A stretch of 58,303 nucleotides of DNA from Atractiella rhizophila (taxonomy: Eukaryota). The notes below the pieces were generated by a model. That model was not told where the DNA came from. It made no database searches and saw only the letters and a program-made list of their open reading frames with translations. A program made the translations under genes and the position numbers. This document shows, piece after piece, positions 26,717-38,411 of the stretch (its first letter is position 1; each line of letters begins with the position of its first letter). The DNA lies in NCBI GenBank assembly GCA_021432655.1, contig MU271244.1, positions 1 to 58,303 of the forward strand, in the 5' to 3' direction.

Positions 26717-28646
26717 CGCATATGCGTACGGTCCCTCCACTCGGGTTCTTCTTCACTCCAAACGTCTTCAGCGTCTCCATGTGGCTCCACCGTTATCTCT
26801 TTCAGTGAGCGAAAGGGTTATAAAACAGATTGTAACGCATCACGGCATTATGATTTTTGAGTTAAATCTCCTCCCACCGTTGAAGTACTGATACAGATGG
26901 TTATGGTTCTAACGTTCTCTTGGGACAGCCTCGTCCGACAAATGTGCATTGCCTGTGTTGCGACATTGAATGCAAACACCAGATGGACAACAGAGGGCTG
27001 CTTCTGGACACACGGACGGAAAGAGGCGTAAAGATACTGGAAAATGACATTGAACCCTGATGAGCTCAGGGCAAAGTGTTTTAAATCGGAATACGCAGAA
27101 CTGACATTTGTATTTGCTTCACGGAAGACCGTACGTGCATTTTCTCGCGTCGATCCTCACTGAAATATTATTGCAGACTACGAGAGAAGACACAATCTAT
27201 CACACGAGCTCTCTAATCCAGACGGAAGGACGGGAACACTGTCATTCAAGAACGTCGAATGTCTCAGCCGTCTAAGCAAAAGTTTGGAAATTCGAAAAAG
27301 CGCGCATCTCAGCAACTCAGAACCGCACATCCCAAGCGACGGGTGAAGTGAAGATATCGCGAAAGTGTTTGCGAAGTGAGTCTCCTCTTTATGCTGTAAG
27401 CAATGAAACTTTAGAGGCGAACGCGGCGAACACGCGGTGTACGTCGAAGAAGATCCAGCTAGCAGTTCGAGAACGATGTCAACGTAAGCGTTTCTACAAA
27501 ATGTGTCCCCTTCTTGGTACTTATTTCAGTTGACTGATTTGGAGGCAGGCTCAAATGCCTTTGGTGAGGAATCGAGAGCTGCTAGAAGCTGTGGCACTCA
27601 ACATTGGGTTTTGGTGCTCTTTTACTCTTGCGTCTGACTGGGTCCCTAAGTCAGGGAGTAGGCTCGTATGAGGAAATTATCGCCTCACATCAACTAGGAA
27701 AGTGTGAGATTCGTCGAGTGAGGCTGGAGGATATAACTTGAATCCACTGCGTAGCTGGACGAGGAGTCGAAGTCCCTGTGTGACTTGGACCAGGACCAGG
27801 TGGAAATGGAGGTGGGCGTGTGGGAGGTATTGGAGAGACATACGACAGACAAGAGCAGGAGGACGGCTATGGAGCTTTCACTCTCCAATGGGAATGGGAG
27901 AGTTCCACCTCTTCTTCTCCCTCCTCCCTCCTCACACCAACGTTTCCTGCCTCTCCCTTTCTTCCGCTCCGATTGGAAGTATACGGACGAACCGGCCCAG
28001 CTCGAGAGTTCAAACTTACACCCGCATCACAGTACACGAAGAGGATTCGTCCCCTCCTGTTCCGAGTACCCACCCCTCCTCATGTAAATGCAAGGTTCCA
28101 CCACTTCTCTCTCTTCCTCTTGCACGAGACAAGAATACTTCGTCTACGCCACATCCACATCCACATCTCCATGGCAGATGTGTGGCGCTGAATGCAAACG
28201 AAGTCCCCGTCTAACCCTTCGTCCTCTCTATCCACCCATCCTGGAATCGTAGGATCGGAAGGGGCCGCGAGAGGGTTGCGGATACTTTGCGTCGCCGTCA
28301 AGGACGACTACTCCGCCGTTCAGTTGGTTGAGTGGAGGAAGTATGGAGTCATCACCGACGCAGAAGGAGAGGAATAGGGACTTTAGTAAGTTATTCGTTT
28401 ATTTCCTTCATGCCTCGCTGTGTTTTTTTCATGGTCGTTCCTTAACTCAAGAACCTAGAATGTTGACAGGGTGATCATTGCAGTAAACAACTCTTTTATC
28501 CAATCCAAAATGTCCCAAACGCAAAGTTGAAAGCAGACCTAAAAACGTGAATGGGATCCCCTCACCTTTTTTTCGGTGCCCCAAAGCATCCCAGATTGGG
28601 TTCTTCATCACGTCCCAAATTATTCCCGCCCAAACACACAGCATAC

Positions 28647-30236
28647 TCAGTCAGTTATACGACCGAACCCAATGTCATCTATCATCCTCTGCCCAATCCC
28701 AATCACATCAGCAGCCCATTGTCCAAAAAATAGTTTAACAAATAAACAGCGTGTTATCTCCTCTTTGGAATACACTTGATAATCCTTAGTGAAATACCAG
28801 TGTATGAAATTTGGGAAGCCGAGGGCGCCCACTATACAGTAGTCAAGGTGTATGCGTTCTAGGCCTTTCGCATTTTTTATGGTGTCAAAGAAATGGTGGG
28901 AAACAAGGTTTGAAGTTTCCTCGCCACCATCAAGCCAAAGGTGTGTAAGGTGTGTGAGGTGTGATAGGTTTAGTGGAGTGGGTAGAATGGTGCTGCTTCC
29001 ATCCGCTGAGAAGGGTACCAGTTGGAGCTGGAGCTGCTGTAAAAGAGGCGGTAGCGGGGAGCTTGAGATCGACGGAGGGAGGGGACACATGTTGCCCAGA
29101 GACAGGGTTCTAAGTGTCTGTGGAAGGGAGAGATATGGCAGAGGTGGATAAGAAATGAGCGTGAGCTCTACGAGGTTATGAGGTAATTGAAGATAGGATG
29201 ATGCCGAAGGGGTAGACCACGAGGAAGAGTTCTCCACTTCATAAGCAGTGAGGTGACTGATCCTCGTACTCATCCTTCGCACGAAGTTCTCGACTAGCTC
29301 CTTCTTCCATTTTCTCAAACCCAACCCCCTATCAAAAGTGAATTCCCTCAATCTCGTCAAACTTTCGGTCGCATTCAACACTGCTACTGTCTCCTCTTCG
29401 TTCCAATGTGGCCCTATGACAACGTGTCTAACATTCGGCGACCCCATGATCAGCTCTTTTGCCATCCCAATGCTGATATCTTTTCCGAACTGTAGCTTTC
29501 TCCACAAGCGTCCGCCTTGAGGATACATTTTCAAATGAGCAAGTTTCTTTTCTGAGGACCAAGGTTCCTCCCAGTAAGCAGCTGAAACCATCCTCCAGAG
29601 TCTGCAGACTCCAGACAACTTACTAGCGTCATTACTACCAGCATTCGTGATTGTGAGGAAATCGAAGATGCGAGAGATAAGCTCCATAGGTATGTTGGAG
29701 ATAAGTCCTGGACTACCCTTTGGAGTTGAAGAAAGCGAGAGTTGAAAAACCATGACTTTCGGAGAAAGGGAAGTTGGGGACAACTGACTGCCAAGGATGT
29801 TAGGCGACATTCCTTCTGGAGATGAGGCGAGGGGAGTATACATGGTATGAGAGCGATCTGAAGGGAGAGAGAACGTGCGAGTGAAGCTAAAAATGTGGTG
29901 CTTGCTGTCTTGAAAGGTTAGAGCCACTTTTTTCCAGTTGAAGGTGATGCAGAAATTTGTTTCGCCATCACTTTGGGCGGCATATCTTTGGAGACATTCA
30001 AGTGAGAAAGTGGACAGCGCTGAGGGATATTCCGGTACACGACTATCTTTGAGGTCGAGAGAAAAGACAAATGTGATCTGGACCGTGGTAATTGACGGAG
30101 GTAGGCAAGATAGGAAAGAGGGAAGAAGGGATAAGGAAATCGACGTGCTCTCTGCTTCGAATGTGAAGAGATTGACAAGTCCAGTCGAATCTGGCTCCTC
30201 AGGGCTCCGTCGTAGGATAGATCCTGCCGTCTCCAT
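28647..30236 (-). CDS. F-box-like / LRR-like protein (intronless ORF, 529 aa; true start uncertain)
   Basis: ISNIPMELISRIFDFL...ASKLSGVCRLWRMVS is F-box-like, followed by LxxLxL repeats (LVELTL, LRTLSL, LTHLTHLWL, LERIHL). Confidence 0.7.
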   Translation of the reverse strand: METAGSILRRSPEEPDSTGLVNLFTFEAESTSISLSLLPSFLSCLPPSITTVQITFVFSLDLKDSRVPEYPSALSTFSLECLQRYAAQSDGETNFCITFNWKKVALTFQDSKHHIFSFTRTFSLPSDRSHTMYTPLASSPEGMSPNILGSQLSPTSLSPKVMVFQLSLSSTPKGSPGLISNIPMELISRIFDFLTITNAGSNDASKLSGVCRLWRMVSAAYWEEPWSSEKKLAHLKMYPQGGRLWRKLQFGKDISIGMAKELIMGSPNVRHVVIGPHWNEEETVAVLNATESLTRLREFTFDRGLGLRKWKKELVENFVRRMSTRISHLTAYEVENSSSWSTPSASSYLQLPHNLVELTLISYPPLPYLSLPQTLRTLSLGNMCPLPPSISSSPLPPLLQQLQLQLVPFSADGSSTILPTPLNLSHLTHLTHLWLDGGEETSNLVSHHFFDTIKNAKGLERIHLDYCIVGALGFPNFIHWYFTKDYQVYSKEEITRCLFVKLFFGQWAADVIGIGQRMIDDIGFGRITD

Positions 30237-30927
30237 TCTTTGTTGAGAGGAGTTGCCAGACTATAGCCCATAGATCCATGTTAGATGCGAAAAGAAAAAC
30301 CAAATAGCAAGAACAATCATGCCTGGATTAGATCGTCAGACAACGGCGGCCTATCCAGCTTGACCATTCTCGGCACGATGAATAGAACAGAGATTGTGAG
30401 AACGGAAAAGAAAAGAAGTGCCAGAAGGAACATTTTGCAGGAACGATGATGGATAAAGGTCCTCGCTTTGACTGCGATGGGCCAGTTGTGCAAACTGGTT
30501 GCCCCCAGGGGTGGTGCGCGCTGAGCTCCTCGTCCCTTGGGATCACATCGACTTTCTGAATAAAATTATCTTGCATGTTCAGAAAGGGGCAAGCATATGG
30601 GTTATGATGGTAGAATTCATTTCATTCTATTGTGCACGTGTGAGGGCTCAAAAGTGCATCTTATGACTCGTGCCAAGAAACCCACCGCTATTAGAAGAAT
30701 AGATAGACAACTCCAGATCTAGAGCATTCCGATATCTCGCTCGTGTTGCTCCTGTCTGTGCATGTGCTCAATGAATCGATGACGCGGGATGCAAACGACT
30801 GGGTATCATGTCACTACGATTCAACAATCCAAATCTACACTCCACAGGCTAAAGAAATCAGAAGTGAAGGTAGATTATGAGCTCTACGAGCATCCAATAT
30901 AAGATCCCTCTTTGACAGATTACCAGA

Positions 30928-33900
30928 TTAAGACCCAAGGAAATCGAAAACTGCTTTGCCGCACTCCCTTCCATCGTCCGTCAACAATACTCCTCTCACT
31001 TCGGCACTATCCAACTCGAGACCGAGATCGAATTCAAGGAAAGCGCCTCCTGGCGCTTGCACCTTTCGAGAGAAGTCGGGGAGGGCGGATAGATCGACGG
31101 TCCAGCGACAGAGCTCGAATGTCTCACCTTCACGCACACGTCAGCCTCTCAGCAGCTTTGCGAAAGAAGGGATGCATTACCTTCATCAGAATACCTGAAG
31201 ACGTTCGGATTATCGCTCGTGTACATCACAGCAGTGAAGAATGAGTCGCTCGGTCCTTCAGGTTCACCGCAGCTATCAGCGCTAGCACGAACTAATTTAG
31301 GATATACCCACCTCTAGCATACTTGCAAAACCTCGTCCTGACCCTCTGTCCCTTCTTCAACACAGCTCCTTTTTGCACCAGATATTGCAAACGATTCTCG
31401 CAAACCTCAATTCCAGCATCATTCCGAATAATATATGCTGGACGTGCATGGTAATCTTGGGGCTCCGCTGGGAGTTTGACCTCTGTGGATCGTCTGTAAG
31501 CATCCATGCACCAAATAGAGGAGAAAACGCGCTCATGCAATAAGCTCTCGGCGAAATGACGGACGATACCCAATTCTTGCCTCCCCTCAAACCCAGACCG
31601 TATCGCGCAGCGCCCTGCAGAGTAGCAATATCGCAATCCTGCGGTCTTGCAATCACACGAACTGTCTGTCCGAAGGCATGTTGGACGCGGGTGAAGAGGT
31701 ATTCGGAAGCAGAAAATCCGCCGACCATGATGATACAGTCAATGCGTTGCTGAGCTTTGCGCATTTGTTGGTCTAGGAGAAGGATGACTTGGTCTTCATT
31801 CCCACGAAAAGTTAGGAAGTCAGGAAGATGGAGGGAAATAAGAGCGAAGGTGCGTACCAACAACGGGATCAAACACCTCTCGTCGTAGGATGTGACCGGG
31901 TATGGAGAGCTCGCCGTACTCCAATCCAATAGCGGGGTCGTTACCATCCTCAACATTGAAAGTAGTGAACCGGAACCAAGTAACTGTCAACCAAGAGCGA
32001 TGTTAATTTACTTGGGGTGGGAGGGAAGAAGGAATTTCATACAGTCGTCCACTTCTCCCCTATACGCAAGTTTGTCGATCTCTGAGAAGGAGTGCATGAA
32101 GCTAGCCAAACTGGGAGGGTCGAGATGGATCGGATGATCCTTCAATCTGTCAGGTGAAAATCATCAACTTTTGTTCTTTACTCCATGATGGCAGAAAGAG
32201 GGTGGTAAACACGCACATGTTCCTCACGAGATCCCTGAACCTCAGATCTAAGAACAGACTACCACAATTCGCTCCGCTCCTCGTAACCGTCTCTGCGATC
32301 TCGAGTTGCGACAAGTTGCCGATGAGTTTGTAGACAGCTGTATCCACAGTTCCTCCGCCTACGATCCGTAGTCAGCAAGGGTTCAAGGAGAAGATGAGGA
32401 CATACCAGCATCGCAAATGATGAAGCTCTGACTCACGCGCAGTTTATGCAAGCTCGTCAGGGTGGACGCATGAATGGCCGCTGCTTCTGGTTCGCTGTTT
32501 GGGGTACGATGTTCTCAGATCCGCTCCTGCAAAGGCTAAAGAAAGAGAGGCGCATGGCTCACGTGATGATCCTCAAACGGTCCCTCCAGTTCTTATCGTC
32601 GCCTCCAGAGTTCATTACCATCCCAGCCTTGATAGCTGCTTCCCTCATCAAGGAACATCCAGCCTCATCCCAGGCTGCAGGGACAGTGAGAATTACGTCT
32701 GCTGAGTCTGATTTCATACGATACCGAGTTAAGGTTGTAGCAAAAGAGGAGGATATCACACATACCCAAATCTGCGACAGATCCAATATCCTCTGTGATG
32801 CGTGTGCGTGCATATTCCCCTTTTGCCAGCATCAGTCAAGTTGCCTGGGAAATCAAGAGCCAAGCGTACATAGACAGGTCAAATAATCCACAATCACATC
32901 TATCGGTTCCTACATCCATTCGACACAATCTCAATGCCACTCTTCGCCGAGAAATATAATGAAATGAACAAGCGCACCTTTCCTGGCGGGAGAGCGGGTA
33001 ATCGCTTATCCACCATTTCTCCGTCTCGCAACGCCGAGGGCTCGAGGAAAAGCTTGAACCATTCGCACCTGCATCAATCCCACCGTCAATATCCATCCTG
33101 ATCTTTCTCAAAAATGACAAATGATTGTGAAGGTTGAAATCGTACCGTAGCATTCCATCCATCACGGTCGCATTCTTTGCCTCCAATCCCCAAGCCAAAA
33201 TGCGTGCTTCTTCGTCCATTCTGGTCGGTATGGAGTACAACATGCAAGTTGGAACCTATCCATCAAGATACACAATCTGTGTTGAATCCACGCAGGACGG
33301 AAAATACGACCCACTTTGCGATAGGTCTCGTACGATCCGGGCCAATTTAAGATCTGTCGGATCTCAGCGTTCGCTGTCCCTCCAGTCGAGCTAGCGATGC
33401 TGGTCAATCGAGAACTTGCATAAGCAACACCCGAGAAGGTTGTCCTATTCTCTCATCCATGTCATTCAGCATCCAAAACGAGGTATGGGATAAGCGAGGG
33501 ACACACCCAAAATCGATACCCACACTCAATTTTCCTTCTTGTGGTCTCGTCGCTGGAGCATTCGGTCCCCTCGCACCAGGGGTATAAGTCATGCTCCCTC
33601 CTCCTCCACCCGTATCCTCTCCGATCCTATACGCCTGTTCGGGTTGTTGGTGTCCATTTTGTTGCTGTTGCATGGATCCAGGAGACATCGATGTTGGCAT
33701 GGAAGACAAGGAGGGGCTTCCAAAGCCGTTAAGATTAGAGCCATAGTGGCCTGAAGAGGAAGAGGGAGAAGTGACGCGAGAGGTTGGGCCGTGTGATTGC
33801 GAATGTGATGATTGAACGGGTTGGGGAGAGGAGGGGGATGGATGGGTTGTGGACGGATTAGGTTGTTTGGAGAGGGTTGGGGAGTGTAGGATTGTTGTGG

Positions 33901-34642
33901 GTGTTGGGCATGTAGCTGTTGTTGAGAGAATTGCTGTTGTTGGTGTTGCTGTATTGGAGGGGATTGAGGAGGTAAAGGAGGCAAAGGGTTGTTCTATTAC
34001 CCATGTGTATGTCAGATTCACATCCCGCTTCTAGGCTGTCAGAAGAGAAAGGAGACGAGTGAATATTCCGCTTAGATTCCATAGACTTGTGAGAAGGAAA
34101 TGACAACATTGTTACAGCCTCAGACCTGTACTTGGCTAATTCCACGCAGTGAGTGGATAGACTATTTGCCTCATCTACAGTTCTCTACAGTCACAAGTTA
34201 AGCTGACACGGTCCTTAAATGCAGACAACAGGCAACTCTCCGTATTATGCAGATCTGCGAGGCAGCCTATTGTTTCAGGCATCGGAAAATATAACAGAAC
34301 CAATCTGAGCAGAGGGTTCAGTTCTTCCATATGCAACGCAATAATATGCAGCCAAAAATTTCGAATGAAACCTCCCGAAAGAAAATCGAGAGGACATACG
34401 TAGGAATTGAGGTTGGAGCCAAACTCAGTCGGATAATTGTTATTGCTCATAAACGCCTGTCCGCCACCACCATTTCCGAAGGTGCTCCCACTGCTCATCC
34501 CGTTTCCAAAGGTGCTTCCATTGGCATAAGGACTCTGATTCCCCTGCTGTTGGTTGCCGTGGCTGTAAGGATCAGAGTCGTAGTACTGGTCTCTCGATCG
34601 TTTTGATGACTTGAACAGTCGCTTGAAGTTGGTGAGGGACAT
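30928..34642 (-). CDS. Fungal Hsp70-like (HSPA12-type actin-like ATPase) protein with an N-terminal Q/S/G/P-rich extension; many introns
   Basis: SVGIDFG|TTFSGVAY, ILNWPGS, VILTVPAAWD, EPEAAAIH, IICDAG|GGTVDTAVY, GANCGSLFLDLRF, IMVGGFSASEYL. Exon 1 (MSLTNFKRLF...NLNSY) joins NNPLPPLPP through intron 33994-34399; that link is inferred. Confidence 0.88.
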
Positions 34643-34764
34643 CGTGTGCACTCCTCAGCTGGGTATATGCGAAAGCTTGGCTGGAGACTTCTGGGAGGCG
34701 GTGGTTGTCCAGATTGCTGTTGTTAGCAAACTACAGGATTCTAAGGCTTAGTGATACAGATAAC
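34551..34764. repeat. 214-bp direct repeat, copy 1 (5' UTR plus first 30 codons of the Hsp70-like gene)
   Basis: Matches 37484-37697 at offset 2933 with 5 mismatches counted by eye, all upstream of the ATG. Confidence 0.95.
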
Positions 34765-35116
34765 TAGGCGGCCCTTCCCTTCCGTCTTGCTGATGAAGTA
34801 GTGATGGCATGGCGCAATAATTAAGATAACTTTGTGGCGCAATCAGATGCGAGATAGATGGAGATACATTAGAATATCTTTATAGAACGTTTGACACTAC
34901 AAAATAATCGTCCATATTCATATCAAAGAAGAACAACACAGCACAATTGTCCAAAGAAACCACATGCAAAGGACATGAGGGGAGGTTCCTGGTTATAAAC
35001 AATGCATACATCAACTGGACGACAGGTCAAGTGAATCAACTGACTTAGCGATGGATAGGAGTAATTGCTCTCATCCACAACCCAAGCTTCTCCATTTAAT
35101 CCGGATGTGCCTTCTC

Positions 35117-37483
35117 TAGGCATGGCTATCGAATCGTATCGTATCGGAGAGGCCCTGGTCGATTCGTGGCGGCTTATAAGCCGTAGTCGTATCGTATCGG
35201 TAGTCGTAACTCAAAATCAGCTTCGTTCGATATAGCCTCCGATACGATTTCGGCGTCGTAGGTCGATCGGCGGTACGGGTTGCTAGAAGGTGTCTGACCA
35301 CGATTCTCTTTTAATAGACAGTAATTGCCTGTGTAAATTGCATTATGAAATGAAATACAAGATGGTTATGGTAAAGACAAAATTCAGCTCTGCGCTTCGG
35401 CCAGAACCTGCATCTCGTGCACCTTTTCAGCTTCTTCCAGCTTCCTCAACAGCTCCATCCTCTCTCTTGTCCGATCTAACCTAAGCTTAGCCTTCGTAAT
35501 GATCAGCAGACGAATAGTGGAGGGCTTTAAACGATGTCTTCGGATGCCGATTGTGTCCCTTGCACCTGAAAATACCCGTTCCACACCAACAGCGCACCCT
35601 TTGAAGTTGTCAAATCTAAACATAGTAGAGGAGAGGCAGAGGACAAACCAGGGATGGAGAGTATGTCTCTTGCCATCCGAGACCATGCGGGCAGTGAGGC
35701 AGTCGATTGAGCCTTGTACCATTCGAAGATATTGACCGAAGCAGGGAGTTGTGGCTGCTTCATGTAATGATCGACTTCTTGCATGGCTTCGAACTCCGCT
35801 GCACTTGCCTCGAGATCGTCACGGTTGCCACAGTTGTCTTCGTCATTGAAAGCGTCAGTGAGATAGGATCCAGTGTATCCAGACCTGCTGGAGGTGTGTA
35901 CGGGTTGAACAGGGACGGTGCGGCCGTACTTCGGAAAGTATTTCGCTTTGAATAGTTTGATAAGATTGGTCTTATGCTCTTCAATTGCTGCTTGTTCGGA
36001 TGGGCTGAAGATTGGGCGCTGAAAGAAATTTGGTCCAAGTCGGGGATCAAGAACTAACCGTCATTTGTTAGAACAAACCGACTGAATGAGAGAGATCGGA
36101 GCTCAAAGAACTCACGGGCTGCATAGACGTAGTAAGGGGAGTCATCTGAACGATGTGGTACTCAGCAAGCTTCATGTGGGCATCCACCAGACCGATTCGA
36201 TACTCCTTTGAGAGGGGGGGAGGGAAGTCCTTAATCGTCTTTTTCAGGTGGTTGAGCAAGCCGTGATACTGAAGGAGTGTTGATGAGAGGCATGGAGCCG
36301 TTGTTGTTGACATCAAAACCGTTGCATCACGAAAAGCGGTTAGCCACTTGCAGACAATGCTAATTCCTTCCCAATCCTCTTCTGATAACCATTCCTCATC
36401 TGATACCTCGTCGTGGTCGGAATACCGATCAATAGCGGGTCTGCATTTGTTGGCAAGATCCAACATTTTGTGAGTGGAACCCCATCGAGTGCACACATCA
36501 AGAATAAGCATTCTTAGAGTTGCGTCACACATACTCTCTAGTTCTGTCAATGCCTTCTCTAATCCTAGGAGCCAGTTATTACGCCGATTAGGAGAGCTCC
36601 GAATTCCTTTTATGAAAGCGCGAAGCTTATGCACCAAGAACTTCAGTTTTACAGCTTGCAGTTGAAAGGAATGAAAGACACACTTTTGGAATAGCACCCT
36701 TGAAAGTATTGACCTCATCTTCGAAATATTCATCCTCTGCCCTCGCCTCATCATCATGAACGGTTCCAAGCTTCTCCGTTACACACTCTTGATAATTTAT
36801 CTTTCCCTTCTTCTTTTTCTTCCTGTGTCCATCAGCTTTAGCCCACACACCTAGAGAATCGAGCAGCGCAAGGACGGCAAGGTGAATGATATGCGGGAAA
36901 CAGCGTATGCGTCGTTCCTTTGGGTCAAATGGAATGCCTTGTGAAACAAATCTTCGAGCAAGGGCGGTCATCATGCTATCATTATTAGATGCATTATCTG
37001 AAGTGATACAGCCGATCTGTTCTATCCATCAGTACATATGGTGTAAATTCGAGCTGTAACTGACCTTATGAGTGATGCCAAAGTTCGTGATACACCTCCA
37101 CACTGCCTCTGCCATATTCTCCCCCTTGTGTGATCCTTGAAGCTCTGTGAAATCAAGGACAACTTCAACAACCTCCCAGTCCTTGTTGATGTAAGTAGCA
37201 GTGGTGCAGAGAAAGGGGAAGCCATTTTCAGAGGTCCATGCATCGAGAGCAAGGTTGACAGTTATATCCGCTTCCTATGCCAGATATCAATAAAAATTGC
37301 TCAAACAACTGTGAACAGCAAACCTTCAATTCTTGCTTAAGTTCTTGCATCGTAGCTTCACCTTTCTTCATCACTATTTCCCGCAACTTCTTCCTCATCG
37401 GCACTTTCATGGATTTTGCACCTGTATCAACATGATTTATCTCCTGATCACTTGCTCCACCCTCATCGTCACTATTCCATGAA
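35117..37483 (-). mobile_element. hAT-superfamily DNA transposon, 5'-truncated
   Basis: Terminus TAGGCATGG at 35117 with subterminal (ATCGT)n repeats to ~35270. Transposase lies on the minus strand. No second TIR found to the right. Confidence 0.9.
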
Positions 37484-37575
37484 TGGTTGCCGTGGCTGTA
37501 AGGATCAGAGTCGTAGTACTGGTCTCTCGATCGTTTTGATGACTTGAACAGTCGCTTGAAGTTGGTGAGGGACAT
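35384..37575 (-). CDS. Chimeric host-exon/hAT transposase gene (one apparent 1-nt frameshift near 36150)
   Basis: Catalytic motifs LALDAWTS, ITSDNASNND, IRCFPHIIHLAV, LDVCTRWGST and the C-terminal dimerisation region WSRMARDILSIPG|CAVGVERVFS. Intron 37275-37323 joins ORF 37228-37584 (host-derived N-terminus) in frame to the DDE core. Confidence 0.8.
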
Positions 37576-37697
37576 CGTGTGCACTCCTCAGCTGGGTATA
37601 TGCGAAAGCTTGGCTGGAGGCTTCTGGGAGGCGGTGGTTGTCCAGATTGCTGTTGTTAGCAAACTACAAAATTCTAAGGCTTAGTGGAACAGATAAC
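37484..37697. repeat. 214-bp direct repeat, copy 2, fused to the hAT transposase
   Basis: Near-identical to 34551-34764; supplies the ATG at 37575. Confidence 0.95.
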
Positions 37698-38411
37698 ACA
37701 ACAACGAAACCGACAAGGAAAACAATTCCTTATGGCTTATTTCGGCTCACATCCCTCGGTTACGCTTTGCCGCTCATGTGTACGAGCGAATTTATAGCCT
37801 TATTCCTGTCCGTCTCACATTGCTTGTGGACTGATCACCACCTGACGGCTCCACGTCTTCCCACAAGTTTTGATTCTATTTCAGCACGTTCAATCGTGCA
37901 GACAGAATACCGGGACAGACTTTTTACCAGCACCAAGTACAAATCCTGTTGACGATGCTTACTACCCTACTTCCTTTAACACGCACGGTTGCCACTTGTG
38001 CCGCAGACATTGGATCAGACGCAATACCATCATCTTATGCAGGAGTGTGCTCCTCTGTGGCATTCATAATCTAGCTCCTCGTCGCTGTTGGCTACTTAAC
38101 AACCATGTCTGGGTCTCCTCCCATGAAAAACGTCTCATTCTGTGCATTTTTCACTCATCCCCAATCTCTTGATCCGTGGTATTCCCTCTCTTTCGAGTTT
38201 CCAACTCAAAGATAGTTGAAAAGTGCCGAAAAATGTCCCACTTATCTGAACTCCTCCTGAAAATAACATGGACGCAGTATTCGCCATCTTTTCAAAGCTA
38301 CTTGATTTCCTGGCTGTAGGGACGCAGAACGAATCTCTTCAGTTTTCCCCATGTTATTTCCAAATGTCACATTCCCTATCATTTCGCGAATTTAGACTTT
38401 TGATATCTTTT

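Noticed and set aside
27700..28380. Coding-looking fragments on the plus strand
   Set aside because: Several short overlapping frames with no recognisable motif or consistent splice model; may be a gene relic but cannot be supported.
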